Shown here: positions 24,501 through 33,348 of the stretch, in pieces
Numbering within the stretch: position 1 is the first letter of the stretch
Layout of the letters: each line of letters opens with the position of its first letter
Assembly (NCBI GenBank): GCA_977020255.1
Contig: CDROCS010003752.1
Span: 124,001 to 188,000 of the forward strand
Direction: 5' to 3'
DNA length: 64,000 nt
Source: Obrimoposthia wandeli
Lineage: Eukaryota
Notes under the pieces: model-generated
Seen by the model: the letters and a program-made list of their open reading frames with translations, nothing else
Databases searched by the model: none
Told to the model about the DNA's origin: nothing
Position numbers and translations under genes: made by a program

Positions 24501-27500
24501 TATGGGTGAGTTACAACGATTATAAGCAAAGATGATGGATACACACCACTGGATCAGCAAGTGAGCAGATTTTGGCAGATTGATGAGCTGAGTTCGCCAC
24601 ACGATAGATAATCATTTGAAGAATAAACGATTATATAGCGATCACTCGAAATGGTAAAAATGGTAGATGTATGGTATATGATAGAAATTCCGTGAATGAC
24701 GAGTAAAGAGAGTGCAGAATAAAAATGAGATGACTATGCAGATATTAAAATGAAAAGAGCGACATTATATAAAGATCCGGAATTGCAGAAAGAATATAAC
24801 ACTACGATTAATGACCATATCAAGAAAGGATATGTAAGAGAAGTGAAAGAAGAAGAGTCGCAGACATTTTGGCTAATTTCGCATTTCCCAGTAATTAGAA
24901 TAGACAAAGAAACTACGAAAGTAAGAATTGTCTTTGATTTAATGGTCAAGAGAGCGTGAATGTGTTTTAATAGAATTATTGATTCAGGGCCAAATGTGCA
25001 GAGATTTTTTTGATATTTTCATTAAGTTTTACAGATTTGAGATAGCCTTTGTTTGTGATATTTAAGAAATGTATTTATGTGTTATTAACATCAGAAGATA
25101 GAATGAGGCATATATCCTTATGACGAGGAAACGACATAATTGTGCACACTCATGCGTATTGGGGGTTAGTGTTTGGCAAAAGCACGTTGCCATTTCTGTC
25201 TTAATTAGTCTCATATGCATATAAAAATTAAATAGGGAGATCCGTATAGAAAAAGAACCTTTGCGTGTTATGGTAAATTTAAAATAATTGTGGATTAATA
25301 CATTAATAGTAGTGAGAAGTCTATCGATAAATTGTAAATAAATATAGAAGATACTAAAAGACGACCGTGTACAGAAGCATCGAAGATCATGAAACATTAG
25401 TAACGAAGATTTTGAGAGTCTGCTCACAAAGAAACGATCTTTCAGTCTGTTGGGATAAGGAAGTTCAGACAGGCAATGAGCAAAAACGAGAAATTTGATC
25501 AAGGATTATAAAATGTTAGGGGATGTGTTTGTATAAGATGTTTAATAAAAATATGAACCCAGACGTCTAAGTACGCTTTTTTACAGATGCCTGGAAAGAT
25601 ACATACGTATCATTAGCGTACATTAGACATTAGTGCGAGTGGATTCGATCAGAATTTGTTACCTCAAGTTCAAAGGTGTCGCCTCTCAAAGTCATGAGTA
25701 TTCCTAGACTCAAATTGATGGCGGAAAGTGTTGGAGTAAATTTAGCAAAACGAATAGCAGTAGCCTTAGAAGTAAATATCGTTGAAATTAATTTTAGATC
25801 TGACAGTCTGGATGTTTTGTGGTGGGTGAAGCAGCAAAGAAACATTTCTGACTAACAGAGTTCGACTCATTCAGACGAATAACAACGTAAGTAAGTGGAT
25901 ATATGTGCCGACTAAAGAAAACCTGGTTGACATTTTATGAAGAGTAGAAACCGGGAAATCATGTGTCAAAACTCGGTTAAGGTGGAGAGCATCAAAGTGT
26001 TTAATATATGAGGAAGAAATGTGGCCAAATCGTCTTAGCTTGAAGACGAAGGAGACAGATAAGAAACGAAGAATCAGAAAAAAAACATTTAATAGTTATA
26101 TAATATTTTCCTAATAAAGTTATTATCCTTAAGGTGTTTCGTATAACGCGGAACAGAAAAAACTATTGTTTTTACTAATGGATATTAATTATGATTTTTA
26201 ATGAATATATTTTTATATAATTACAATTATTTTTACTTATCATATGATTTTAAAAACGTCACTATTTTCTATAAAATATCAATGAAATAATTAGATTCAT
26301 TAAATAATAAATACTTCAGGAATTTTTTTCAAATTAAACATGCATATAAACGTCCAAGCATGGAAAAATAGACTTTTCATACATGCATAAGAAAGAAAAA
26401 TTTGTTTAACTTTTTAATATTTTACACAAATGAAAAATACAGTTAACTGATTAAATACTATTTATTTCAATCAAATATTATTGAATATTATTGAGTGCTT
26501 ATTGAAAACATTATTAAAACAAGTAAAAAAGAGTTGATTCCGGCCTTTTACAACTTTGAGCTCCTTAGCCGAAAAATACAATTAGTTTTTCTGTTAAAAT
26601 ATTTATAAAAACAATTTCATAAATGTAATTATGATATCGAAAATGTCAAGAAAATTTTCAATTAGAATTTTAACCTATAGTATAATAAATCCCTGAAAGC
26701 ACTTACATCGAGAATGATCATCAATGGGATTATCAAATACTTCAGTTATTTCGTGTATAAAAATATTAGGTTAGAGAACGTTTGAACAGACAATAAAAAT
26801 AAATTTCATATAATAAATTTCAAAATATTAATTCAAAAATAAAGTCAAAACTAATTGTGAGATTGTATCGAATGTTATTTACAAATCAATCTAACACTGA
26901 TCCCTCATGGATTGTAACTTCTCCCGTTAACCTAATTAAGCATTGTGAATGGGAATACTTTATTTACAATTACATGTATTTGAATTTTGTCAAATATTCA
27001 TCACAATAAGACCCACCTCATGCGACCGAGACAATGGATAACATTGGTCCAAAAATACTCAGCCAAAGCAGCTTTGCCCTCCAACATGATACCTTGTAAC
27101 TGCGGTCCATAATTGGTCAACAAACGCTGCACTGGAACCTCCGATAAACTGGGTGTGTATCCCAAATCGATAGCTATAAGATTCACAAGATTTCCGTTGT
27201 CCATCAGCTTGTCCAGGATCTGTGTGACAGTTTCTAACAAATTAAACCATTTTGACTATTTATAATTATAAGTAACATAGTTTATCACTAAATTTCATAA
27301 TTATCTTTTATGTTTCTAATATTCATATTGGTGTTGAAGTCCAGAATTGGACGAATTAAATAAAAAATATATTAAATTAAATGGCTTTTTATGTCACTGA
27401 AATTTTAAAAAAATTTAAAATAAATTAAAGGATACAATTTAATGAGTTAATTTAACTCCTTAAGCAAAATGGATGTTTAATTAGTCTCAGATAAGCTCTG

Positions 27501-30500
27501 AGTCAATAGATATAAGTCACCTGAGACACCACAACAAAAGCACATTAGGGGATTTAGAAGCAGCAATGTGAAAATCACAGAATTTGATATTCTGTGAATA
27601 CACCACAATAACTGAGTGGATTTAACCAACGAAAAAGGAAACAGCAGTATCACAGACATTACAGAGGTAATTTTGGAAATTCGATGGCGAAGATTAGTTA
27701 AGAAGACAGACAGCCGATCACAAACACAAAAACCTGAAGAAGACAATTTGAAAAAGAGACACTTTAAGACGATTTGAGAATTTGCAAGATTTGAAAAAGA
27801 TGAATGCACGCTCAAGATTGAAGGGACAAGAACCAATCAATGAAAGAAAAACCTACATGGACCAAGGATTCCTCGAAATTAAGGATATTCAACGGAGTCT
27901 AACAGATCAAGATGATCACGAGAATTTTTAACTTCTACCCTTCTGGCTTTGTTAAAATCACATTATCCTGTAAACGGCATCAAAAACAGTTGGCCCATAC
28001 ACATCTGGAGTTGCGGTCATTGTTCTACAAATATTACGTTGTTTACTCTTGTATTTGTATTTTGTGGGCAGCATAATTAGTAGTTTTTCTGTTTGATATT
28101 AAAAATAAAAGATTGTGAACCTTTGATAATTTGATTTAACCTGTTTACTGAACTAGTAACGACTAATTGTATAACAAGCATTAACACAGAAAAATAAGGA
28201 ATTTAGATCATAGAATATTGCTTTGGATAGGAATTAATTTGAGAATAATAGTTTGATAAACAAAGATCTGACTACGTAATTTATCTAGAATATTCAATAT
28301 ATAATTGAGGCAAATATAATACATTAACCTTCAAATAGTTTTTGAGACTAAAATTATATGCCGTACATACAAGTCATATCGCTCTAAAGAATTCACGCAC
28401 TAGAGGCTTTCCTAATAAGTATTTCAACTCTAATCTCAACATTGATAAAAAATTGCTTCTCAATTTAAATTTGAAACTGTATAACAATATATGACCAGAA
28501 TAAACTAGAGTAAACTTACATTGTCTGTAAAGAAGTCACAGTGTCCGACAGACAGATATTTCAGATGGTGGATCCGCAACAGAATATCTTCCAAGCAGGC
28601 ACTAGACAGCTCAGTAGAAGATATATCCAGTTCTTCTATGCGTGTCTTTAGCCAATTTACAGATTTCATGTGGTTGTCTTGCAGTCCTGAGAAAGTAAAA
28701 CTGAGTAAAGTTTGCTAGCGTGCATTACCACAGTGTTGCATTATCAGGGATCGCATCTTGTTGCATCTCTCCAGCAGTAACCGTAATGACGATCCTTTGA
28801 CCTTCAAACAGAAGCTGAGAGAAACCGTCTCCAGATGAATGCAGTTATTGGCCAAAAGCTCCACATGACTGTCGTCTACAAATCCGATGCCATACAAGTT
28901 GATTACTCGCAAGTTTGGAGTATGCGCCTTGATTTTACTGATGTTGATAACCTTAACACAAATTGAAGCCGCTTATAATACTAAGTAGTATATTTTCTGT
29001 TAAATTACAATTTAAATTTGATAAGAATTGCTTACTTCGTAAATTTCTTCTTCTTCTTCACTAGACATCTCGAATGTTCCTGCAATTTAAACGAGTCAAC
29101 CAGATATTTCAATAATTTTTTATTCAAATAATTTTTAAATTTATTACAACATATAGTCGCAGTATTTTGCAATTGAGAATACCACCAAATATCAAATATG
29201 ATTCACAATATAGGAAGACAATTCAAAACTGAGAAATGAGCCAATTATTTCCTTTTCAATAAACTATGAATTTGATGATTTCCATGATTCATATGTAGCT
29301 CTTTGCTATAAATCAGCAGTAAGAATTGACTTTTCATTTCGAGGTTGTGTTTTATGACGAGTGAGCGTAGCGAAGGACTTCTAAACAATACTAAGGTGAT
29401 AAACGTCTTTTACTGTCTTTCAGAAAAATCTATTTCTTTAACATAATCTGAAAAAATTAAATTTTCCTGCATATAACAGTTTTTCCTGACGGGGTTAACA
29501 CGTTTTCTTTTGAGTTTATTTGTGTGTAGTCGGGTTTTAAAATAATATTTTAAAATTAAATGAATGTTGAGATCAATATTTTATTTTAACATATGAAATA
29601 GAACTATAGATTTTAACATAATTTTTCAATTCTTAACCAAAGATTATAATGCAGTTAGAAATCGAAACATTTCAGAAGTAAACCAGTGCTTAAAGCGTTT
29701 TCCGTATTTTCTGATTGAATATTTTCATCTATAATTTCTGTTGGAATAGTTGCACATACTCGGCTAAAACAATAGCCAGTATAATAATCGTTTAATTCAA
29801 GGAACATAGCAACTTCTTCAGAAGTAAGCACAATTGTTCTAATGCCCATTAGATAGACAGTCAATCTGTTGTTGTTGAAATGTTAAAATATACGACCCAT
29901 TCTCTTTGTTTCATTTAAATAGAAAATGACATATTCATCATGTGGCTCCTTGTTTAGATACAGAATATGTTACCCAAAGTCCACTATTAATATCAATATT
30001 ATGCTGTCATATTTATGCACAACGCAGGCCACCAAGAAGTCTAAATACATACGATTGTCTTGTGTGTTAAATGTTTATCAATATTAGGTTTACGGGTTAA
30101 ATATTCTTCTCACTGTTCATCTGTAAATATTGCAGCTCCAGTTGGAACATATCCACCTTGACAGCACTGGAAAAGCTTATTTAGACCTGGCAATATATCT
30201 TGTTGTTTCTTACCTCCACGATCTTGGTATTTCGTAATAAGTTTAAAATATGAGGACTAAATGTTTATAAAAGATTGAGCGTCAAATCTATGGCACTCGC
30301 ATGGTACTTGTGACTATTTTGTTGCCAGATTTTGTATTGGCTGTAGACTAAAATTTTCTAATTAGACACTTATGATAATGTTAAAATGTTAAAATGATGC
30401 TAAAGTTTAAAATTGGCTTTAAATAATAACTTTTAGCTTGGAAATTAAAGTTTGGTTTTTTCTTTAATTATCTACAATGAAAAACTAAATGTTCAGAAAA

Positions 30501-31012
30501 AAAACTAAAATCTCAAACCTACCGATGAGATGGAGTACTTCGATGGAGGAGAGGTATTGATAGATCTTGCGCATGAGGCCCTCCATGAAAATGACGTCAC
30601 TGAGACATATGCACATGTAGACTAGACTGGCCGGGAAGCAGGTGAGGTCATAGAAGTCATGCAGCTGCATGGCATTGGAAAAGTCCAGGGTGAGGAACTT
30701 GAGCAGAGGGCTGCGATTGGCTATGTCTTCGAGTACCGGGATGGTGATTAAGTCAGAGGGAAGCTCGACACGACGAAGCGCAGAGCCGGACTTGGGCAAG
30801 ATGACGTCGAGAAGAACATCGGTGGAGGGTAGAGCCGGGAGCCCACCAAGGTCGGGTCGGAAGTTGAGGGCTGTCCAGAGTGACGAGTCGGAAGTGAGAA
30901 TCCACCATCGGCGACATACGAGAGCTGCTCTGCACAGTTGCTCGTGGCTCAGGTGAGACAGGATGCGCAAGAAGAGCTTGTCTGGGAGCTCATTGATATT
31001 GATGGATATGGT
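987..31012 (-). CDS. Host F-box/leucine-rich-repeat protein (FipoQ-like), spliced: exons 31012-30523, 29079-29036, 28951-28729, 28686-28520, 27219-27017, 21389-21210, 1158-987; 5' exons uncertain
   Basis: F-box LPDKLFLRILSHLSHEQLCRAALVCRRWW followed by LRRs. All junctions are GT-AG and phase-compatible, giving one open frame that ends ...YEMVKSNFERADRFRVVRTTT...EYKDLMFN*. Motifs (LDFSNAMQLHDF, CICLSDVIFMEG, RVINLYGI, WDPDTIRFSDKS) match my recollection of Drosophila FipoQ-type proteins; the orthology itself needs BLAST. Confidence 0.9.
1237..1686 (-). repeat. Possible solo LTR (about 450 bp)
   Basis: Bounded by TGTTAC...GTAACA inverted termini, with AATAAA near the minus-strand 3' end; no clean TSD. 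Confidence 0.35.
1720..3234 (+). mobile_element. Decayed Ty3/Gypsy pol (RT, RNase H, 5' part of integrase), interrupted by the Maverick
   Basis: NAPASFQKLMNKVLG...VYLDDIL (RT); DAS...IGAVL, LRTDHKAI (RNase H); NADVLSR; HAG and IDFCGPL (integrase); many stops and frameshifts. Confidence 0.9.
3235..3995 (+). repeat. Left terminal inverted repeat (about 760 bp)
   Basis: Reverse complement of 18636-19349 apart from internal repeat-number differences and a few substitutions. Confidence 0.95.
3415..3483. other. Perfect 30-bp-stem hairpin in the TIR, 9-nt loop aagtagggg
   Basis: aaaatgtctttgtcctgaaagacacacatc / gatgtgtgtctttcaggacaaagacatttt; mirrored in the right TIR near 19086-19155. Confidence 0.95.
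4115..8513 (-). pseudogene. polB: Protein-primed family B DNA polymerase (pPolB) polyprotein; 2 inferred introns (8510-8468, 6064-5542) and 2 frameshifts (about 7615, about 6385)
   Basis: Pol motifs GIRGG, LYIDVNNLYGWAM, KLKVNSLFGK, IAGDTDS, LRPKSY. Exo region HNLMGYD, RFIDS, KGIFPYD, Y..MD..LLADVF. Endonuclease-VII-like CYLC...VRDHDHMTG...AAH..CN. Putative vOTU Cys/His (NTFCF, FHYVG). N-terminal Cys-rich and Pro/Ala-rich segments. Confidence 0.95.
5560..6035. repeat. Repeat array inside the PolB intron: 12-bp aaaatcattgtg units followed by about 95-bp units matching the element's subterminal region
   Basis: tctaacaaagacagtcacgcatctatattgcaaatacttgcatctttatgtaatcaatagtaacatttattct occurs twice here and as the reverse complement at about 18580-18655. 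Confidence 0.9.
8558..8594 (-). promoter_or_regulatory. Putative PolB promoter: extended TATA (TAGTATATAAGCA) plus CCAAT box
   Basis: TATATAAG about 45 nt upstream of the ATG at 8513; CCAAT at 8590-8594; the same 13-mer occurs at 14729-14741. Confidence 0.6.
8645..9153 (-). pseudogene. DEDD-type 3'-5' exonuclease-like Maverick protein, one frameshift near 8850
   Basis: IDFEAF...FVIKEL N-terminus; the shifted frame continues ...CPYIKHGEHCAYKKC, a C-terminus I recall from Maverick exonuclease-like ORFs. Confidence 0.7.
9190..9552 (-). CDS. Adenain-like cysteine protease (virion maturation protease)
   Basis: FNGVYS, GEHWIAI (His), FDPFG (Asp), QNVLTQSCGQLC (Gln/Cys); intact 120 aa. Confidence 0.93.
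   Translation of the reverse strand: MNLLINIYSSSDEITKSGRKLLGSRFNGVYSLDHIPSLTRLGGYVINTHSSNLRGEHWIAIHVKENEIFVFDPFGIYYPSKLVSTVLDSGKKVHFSKKHYQNVLTQSCGQLCLLWLKHKQ
9599..10828 (-). CDS. Major capsid protein (double jelly-roll, hexon-like)
   Basis: Intact 409 aa. CAKTELCIFDKPIPQ N-terminus, YLDLNDS, LCGSLHLDFFMQPKYLLPGV and GNLKVEIKFSKAL are typical Polinton MCP blocks; it sits next to the protease. Confidence 0.9.
   Translation of the reverse strand: MSCAKTELCIFDKPIPQVVVDSASFEEIFPTNTVNGTSSPDLEFNINGSNTQYLDLNDSLFLVKLKVTKEGGGDLDDGMDIKSANYMLHTLFKDVILSLNNVKVEGNNTSYTHKAMIETLLNYGNDTKLINLDAIGFDNDEKRRIASIAKSKVLSLCGSLHLDFFMQPKYLLPGVSAHIRMKRNPVGFSVVCADTIKTAIEITEAKLLVRRVKVKPSVLVAHRMGLEKQNACYPIRKTNLVSHAIPTGALSYYKDQIFGDMQLPNFVLIAFQNTSTYGGESKNEVSQFGHMNVSSIKLARNIDYQESYTNDFENDDYVFSYVQSLIRNLGHLDKDANIRISMTDFKDKYTLFTFVLSPDFNINQAQIPKQGNLKVEIKFSKALEHPTNIIIYGVFDSEVQITKRGTVLV
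10828..11171 (-). pseudogene. Cupiennin-like/pVI-like membrane-active core protein, one frameshift near 10945
   Basis: MQGG, QYGSGWMKVFGRFAFPLLKRLGK amphipathic helix; the shifted frame gives LAEFLKKKTQKGSGYKRKK...GGTIFK*, whose stop overlaps the MCP ATG. Confidence 0.75.
11168..12196 (-). pseudogene. Minor capsid protein (penton-like) with one in-frame premature TAA at 11546-11548
   Basis: YVVLPSN...NTANSF...LPGHWEAALTEF N-terminus; IYIYTSI.EP..VGG...PL and YIPV...INNIEVNIRD.SG C-terminus; ORFs 11546..12220 and 11168..11539 are in the same frame. Confidence 0.88.
12193..13214 (-). pseudogene. Retroviral-like (RVE/c-INT) integrase with C-terminal chromodomain, two frameshifts (about 13065, about 12790)
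   Basis: WFDPSHPVGYTG; WQADL; LTCVDVFSR (D); QTDSGKEF (D); KAALVERFNRTL (E); YRIQEIL...YHVKWHGY...SWI chromodomain. Confidence 0.93.
13312..13734 (-). CDS. Basic core protein with C-terminal pX-like QSGGFL hydrophobic tail
   Basis: K/R-rich 140 aa ending KQSGGFLGFLVPIISSIVGALASRLINR, typical of Polinton small core proteins. Confidence 0.7.
   Translation of the reverse strand: MNFKKKTVKPEVKKLIKSVLSARKMVAQKSKRTVVKKSRSIAYFNSLMRAPAIRRPAILKSFPTFVIDDLLNMIQKIVSGKIIVKANLNRHKKPLLALFHAKTRIGKRKLLYKQSGGFLGFLVPIISSIVGALASRLINR
13731..14381 (-). CDS. FtsK/A32-like genome packaging ATPase
   Basis: Walker A IVGPSGSGKT, Walker B VIVIDD, KIARH..VTVIFITQN; intact 216 aa. Confidence 0.95.
   Translation of the reverse strand: MNLKNNSVFQIVGPSGSGKTHFVCKLLQNNKYFSFKFNKIYWHQGGDGEAGLTSKEFKKIKNIKVINGFDDNWSERLQRHDVIVIDDLYQEANKESDFNNLFTKIARHREVTVIFITQNLFHQGGNHRTRNLNVHYLVLFKNPRDQTVVDFVSRQAYPNNRKFLIDSFQDATTIPHGYIFIDFTQDCPDDFRDRTDVFNPSGITVYKQTKKPVLRR
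14425..14703 (-). CDS. Small protein (about 92 aa, MSKNYFNQ...) with C-terminal hydrophobic anchor
   Basis: Open frame, visibly GC-richer codons than the neighbours, TATA 26 nt upstream, tail SFLLFVAGCFVIKYFK. Confidence 0.6.
   Translation of the reverse strand: MSKNYFNQDVDKAVKSFISKNVIEPDVLQLIDVSNLPLEEHVRRMVHDKAVNLLIQGYNQKKLANKEEKRSFFYEKSFLLFVAGCFVIKYFK
14867..15280 (-). CDS. Dual-specificity phosphatase-fold protein, predicted catalytically inactive
   Basis: SEILVNQLYIGN, THVIN, GGKILVCGHYGSLHAA in place of VLVHC.AG.SRS, VKAKRTIAAPNEAMLHQI. Confidence 0.8.
   Translation of the reverse strand: MSEILVNQLYIGNYRDGFDETNILNSNFTHVINTSILDKISYKKLKYTSVFVNSKLGETIMKYYKQTNNIIKETIENGGKILVCGHYGSLHAACIDIAFLSHSIGVTAASNLVKAKRTIAAPNEAMLHQIRIFNRYV
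15301..15660 (-). CDS. Ser/Thr/Pro-repeat hypothetical protein
   Basis: 119-aa ORF with (P)ATSS repeats built from 15-nt units, then an acidic stretch; co-oriented with its neighbours and closely packed. Confidence 0.5.
   Translation of the reverse strand: MEKINSAPEATSSPATSSLPAISSPTTSSPATSSVTSSPPATTTTVIRREETIDEVTIEEVTIEEEIIIDPIIEDKRRIDFLNALAFMEPIIAHASSMEMNHMTHLFDSFLVLDLLNLM
15694..15937 (-). CDS. Spliced small hypothetical protein (69 aa; exons 15937-15843, 15808-15694)
   Basis: 34-nt GTAATA...CTTTAG intron joins MDEIIECKEV...NNHE to LRHQLHLHEM...KSNLV* in frame. Confidence 0.55.
16157..16704 (-). CDS. TATA-binding-protein-like protein (169 aa; exons 16704-16560, 16521-16157)
   Basis: Repeat 2 AVYEPEIFPGLRY...VNIFASGKIMILGVK; removing the 38-nt GTAATT...TTTAG intron restores repeat 1 IIIFKSGTCRIMGCK. 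Confidence 0.88.
16768..17629 (-). pseudogene. Inhibitor of apoptosis (IAP)-like: 5'-truncated BIR, degenerate second BIR, UBA-like, RING; one frameshift near 17222
   Basis: LAKAGFY...VKCIYC.GGISGWE...QH...PRCPFV (BIR); YSHDRIKAVLLNRFKTFGNKYDSIYEFITDL (UBA-like); CVVCMSDAISVALLPCGHLNTCIKC...CPYC (IAP-type RING). Confidence 0.9.
17658..18047 (+). CDS. Conserved Maverick hypothetical protein (129 aa)
   Basis: Intact ORF; a diverged homolog lies at about 52516-52767 in a sister element. Confidence 0.7.
   Translation: MNFEKLYLPMHTYYGYEMHFLKKAHNYNFIFPVNIEPLKFDFEISNLTSVDKERINILLTQFGINYALQENKFVIKGSTATFKHENGTIYEAPPPKLEWILSIRIQGCKIGPSGLETTIWKIIDAVRVD
18117..18482 (+). CDS. Lys-rich putative core/DNA-condensing protein with adenain-type G-x-G sites
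   Basis: TATATAAAA upstream; KKTMSKK repeats; MEGLG and two QKGDG motifs. Confidence 0.6.
   Translation: MKMTKKPTKSLKTKVKKTMSKKTMSKKKIMEGLGIHMMAANLLGRWFGGVDKKAIKHKKNVDYLRGIQNQKRVQKGDGIQKGDGMLDIFVKLDKLTKAFEKDPSAYLGPKLNILANQPKTL
18636..19349 (-). repeat. Right terminal inverted repeat (about 715 bp)
   Basis: Reverse complement of the left TIR; ends CTACCTACT followed by TSD CATATC. Confidence 0.95.
19350..20016 (+). mobile_element. Continuation of the Gypsy element: integrase 3' half, PPT and 3' LTR (19834-20016)
   Basis: Joining across the Maverick restores SPYHHSSNRQVERQFRTIRD. PPT aagggaga precedes T(C)TAATAG...CTAACA, homologous to 59479-59639. Confidence 0.88.
20270..20964. mobile_element. 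Possible non-autonomous hAT-type MITE
   Basis: Imperfect TIRs cagaggcggaccca / cagtggcgaaccta (11/14); flanks ggtgtaat / gttgtaaa (6/8). Confidence 0.4.
21538..23848 (-). mobile_element. Decayed hAT (Buster/Charlie, ZBED5-like) transposon
   Basis: DES...LMVYVRYF...EEMLF...L..KHNIPMNNI...ASDGAP fragments; CAGGGG termini; flanks ctctaaac / cttcaaac. Confidence 0.7.
24330..26050 (+). mobile_element. Decayed BEL/Pao LTR retrotransposon pol fragment
   Basis: YNTTINDHIKKGYV...SHFPVIRIDKETTKVRIVFD is the diagnostic Pao RT block; GPN motif downstream; heavily disrupted. Confidence 0.8.
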
Positions 31013-32146
31013 CTGAAGCAAATGGAATGGATGAGATGAGAAGTTTACGGCCATATATGTGTTTCGGGGATGGAGTAGAAGGTACAAATTCAAAAATATA
31101 TTTAATTTGAACAAATCAAATTGAGTTCACTAATACGAAAAGATCAGTATTGTTAAAGAAGAATAGGAGATCAGAAACTGTTAATGAAAACTTTCTATAC
31201 AAACACAGTACTTGTCCTTTATAGTGTGTGGAATAACTATGCCGCCATCGTAATGTGGGTTTCACACATTAGATATAAACCACATTATTCATCATACAAG
31301 ATTTTCTTAAACGGTTACTAAGTAATATAGTTGTTTCTTGAATTTAAAATTATGTAATTTTTTCTTTAATCGGGGAATATCACAACTATCATAGTTGAAT
31401 TACAGTTAAAAATATATCTTTGTATAATTGAATAAAAACTATTTAATTTATTTGTTACTTTTGTAGTTTTTTATGTGCAACGTAAAACTGTTATTATCTT
31501 AAATCATGGTTATCACCGGTAGAAGCTCTGGTACATGTATCAGTACCAAGTACAACTGAAATATACCCTAAAACTTCGACTATGGTGCGTGCATTTTAAA
31601 AAGAAAACAGACACAGAAAACTAAATTTTGTTAAAAATTGGTGATGCACATTGTATAATATAGCTCGAGGAATTACTACATAAACCACAACATTGAGTTT
31701 TATATTTATTACATGCTAACGAGCTCCTTCTTTGACACATGTTTTGGCATTTAGATAAAGCAACTACAGGACCTAGCTTTTTCTCAGGATCAGATCTCTC
31801 ACATCAGGAACGAAACTACATATAACACTGTAGGAACCTTTATCTCCATTAGAGTCACTGCCACGTGTTTCGTGAATGACCTGAACACTGATCAGAAGAA
31901 TCAGTGGCAGATATGTCAAGCTGTCGGTAAAGGATTACGAAAACGGGACCACTCGATATGGTTGACAACTGTTTGAGGTTTTTTTGGGGTGAAGGGGAAT
32001 CGTGTATTATTGCAAACTTATAATGACAAAACGCATTTGATTTTAATAAACGGTTTTAGCAAATTATTCTATTAGTCCATTGTCATCTTTTATAACCTCA
32101 AGTAGGTTAAAATAAAATAAAATAATTGAGCAATTTTCACTCCATC

Positions 32147-32830
32147 CTATTGTACACGGAAGAGCCAAAAGCATAATCTATATAACATAGTTTGAACTGT
32201 TCCAATACTTCTTAAATACAGTTTGTATTTCACCATTTTGTCGTCCTCGATGTTATTCCAGTATTCATCGCCATGGTTGATTGGGCTATCAATGAATTTA
32301 GCTTCTCGTAAGCCATTAATAATGCAGGTAGCCAACAAATCTTTCCACCCATCAACACTCCATTCACATAATGTTGAAAATGTTCCTTTTTGTAAATGTC
32401 TTCCTCCAATGAACGAATGGAAGCCATTGATAATCCATTTTTCCAACTTGGCATTGAAACTTTTGTTGACAGTTATGTCTAATGGTTGCAATATCTTGGT
32501 AAGATCTCCATGCATGGCTGCAATATAAGAATGGCTTTTTGCACACTTCTCTCCTCGTTACATTATATGTGATCGTGTACTTTCATAAATAAGAAGATAC
32601 TTTGGTTTGAAAATGCGCCAGGTGTCTTTTGCCATACACTTTCAAGACACTGGATGAATCCCTCCCTTCTTATTAACGTCTAGGATAGTTCTAAGCTTAG
32701 TCTTCCTTTGGAAAATAACCATCATTATCGGCTTTCACCATATGTTGTCACAAAAACAACTGTAAAGTTGGATCGTTCAAAATCCATAGTGGTAACCTTA
32801 ACGTTTACTTTGACTTTACCAACAGCAGTA
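32147..32830 (-). mobile_element. pogo-like (DDE_1) transposase remnant
   Basis: HGDLTKILQPLDITVNKSF; upstream degenerate LLIYE..RSH. Confidence 0.7.
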
Positions 32831-33220
32831 TAATTACAGTATATGAAAAATAAATTAAACTATTTTTTGTATAAATTACCTAAATAAAAATACCAAAAAG
32901 AACTGAACATATCATAATATTATAATCTCATTAGTCATATAACTCTGAAATAGACCCCAAAACCTTTATAAATCTTTATTTAAATATGGTTTGTTGATGT
33001 GACGTCATCAATTAATACAATTCTCAATATTATCATAATTTATGACTTTGTATTGTAGATGGAATTTTAGGTTAGTATTACAACTATATTTTTGTTTTAG
33101 GTAGTTTTAAGAAGTTAAGAATATTTTGCTACAAATATTGTAAACAAACAAGATGCAAATGTGATATTTTGCTGCTACACACCTCTGTGATCATAAGTAC
33201 AATAAAGGTAAGCAGACTAC

Positions 33221-33348
33221 CAGGTTCTCAGCAGTACTTCCACTTTCTTCTTCAACCGTACCAACCGTTTGTCCAGTCCTCGGCTTTTCGACTCTCCGGT
33301 CCTTGACATTTTCTTTCTCATCATCTTTCTCTTCATCTGATCTTAATA
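33221..33348 (-). CDS. Probable upstream coding exon of the F-box gene (SDEEKDDEKENVKDRR...AENL)
   Basis: GC-richer, acidic/basic open frame ending CTG|GTAGT in phase 0, compatible with the 31012 acceptor; exact acceptor (33341 or 33348) uncertain. Confidence 0.5.

Noticed and set aside
27477-27900. 119-aa minus ORF / gag-like plus-strand fragment
   Set aside because: No diagnostic motif; too decayed to classify.
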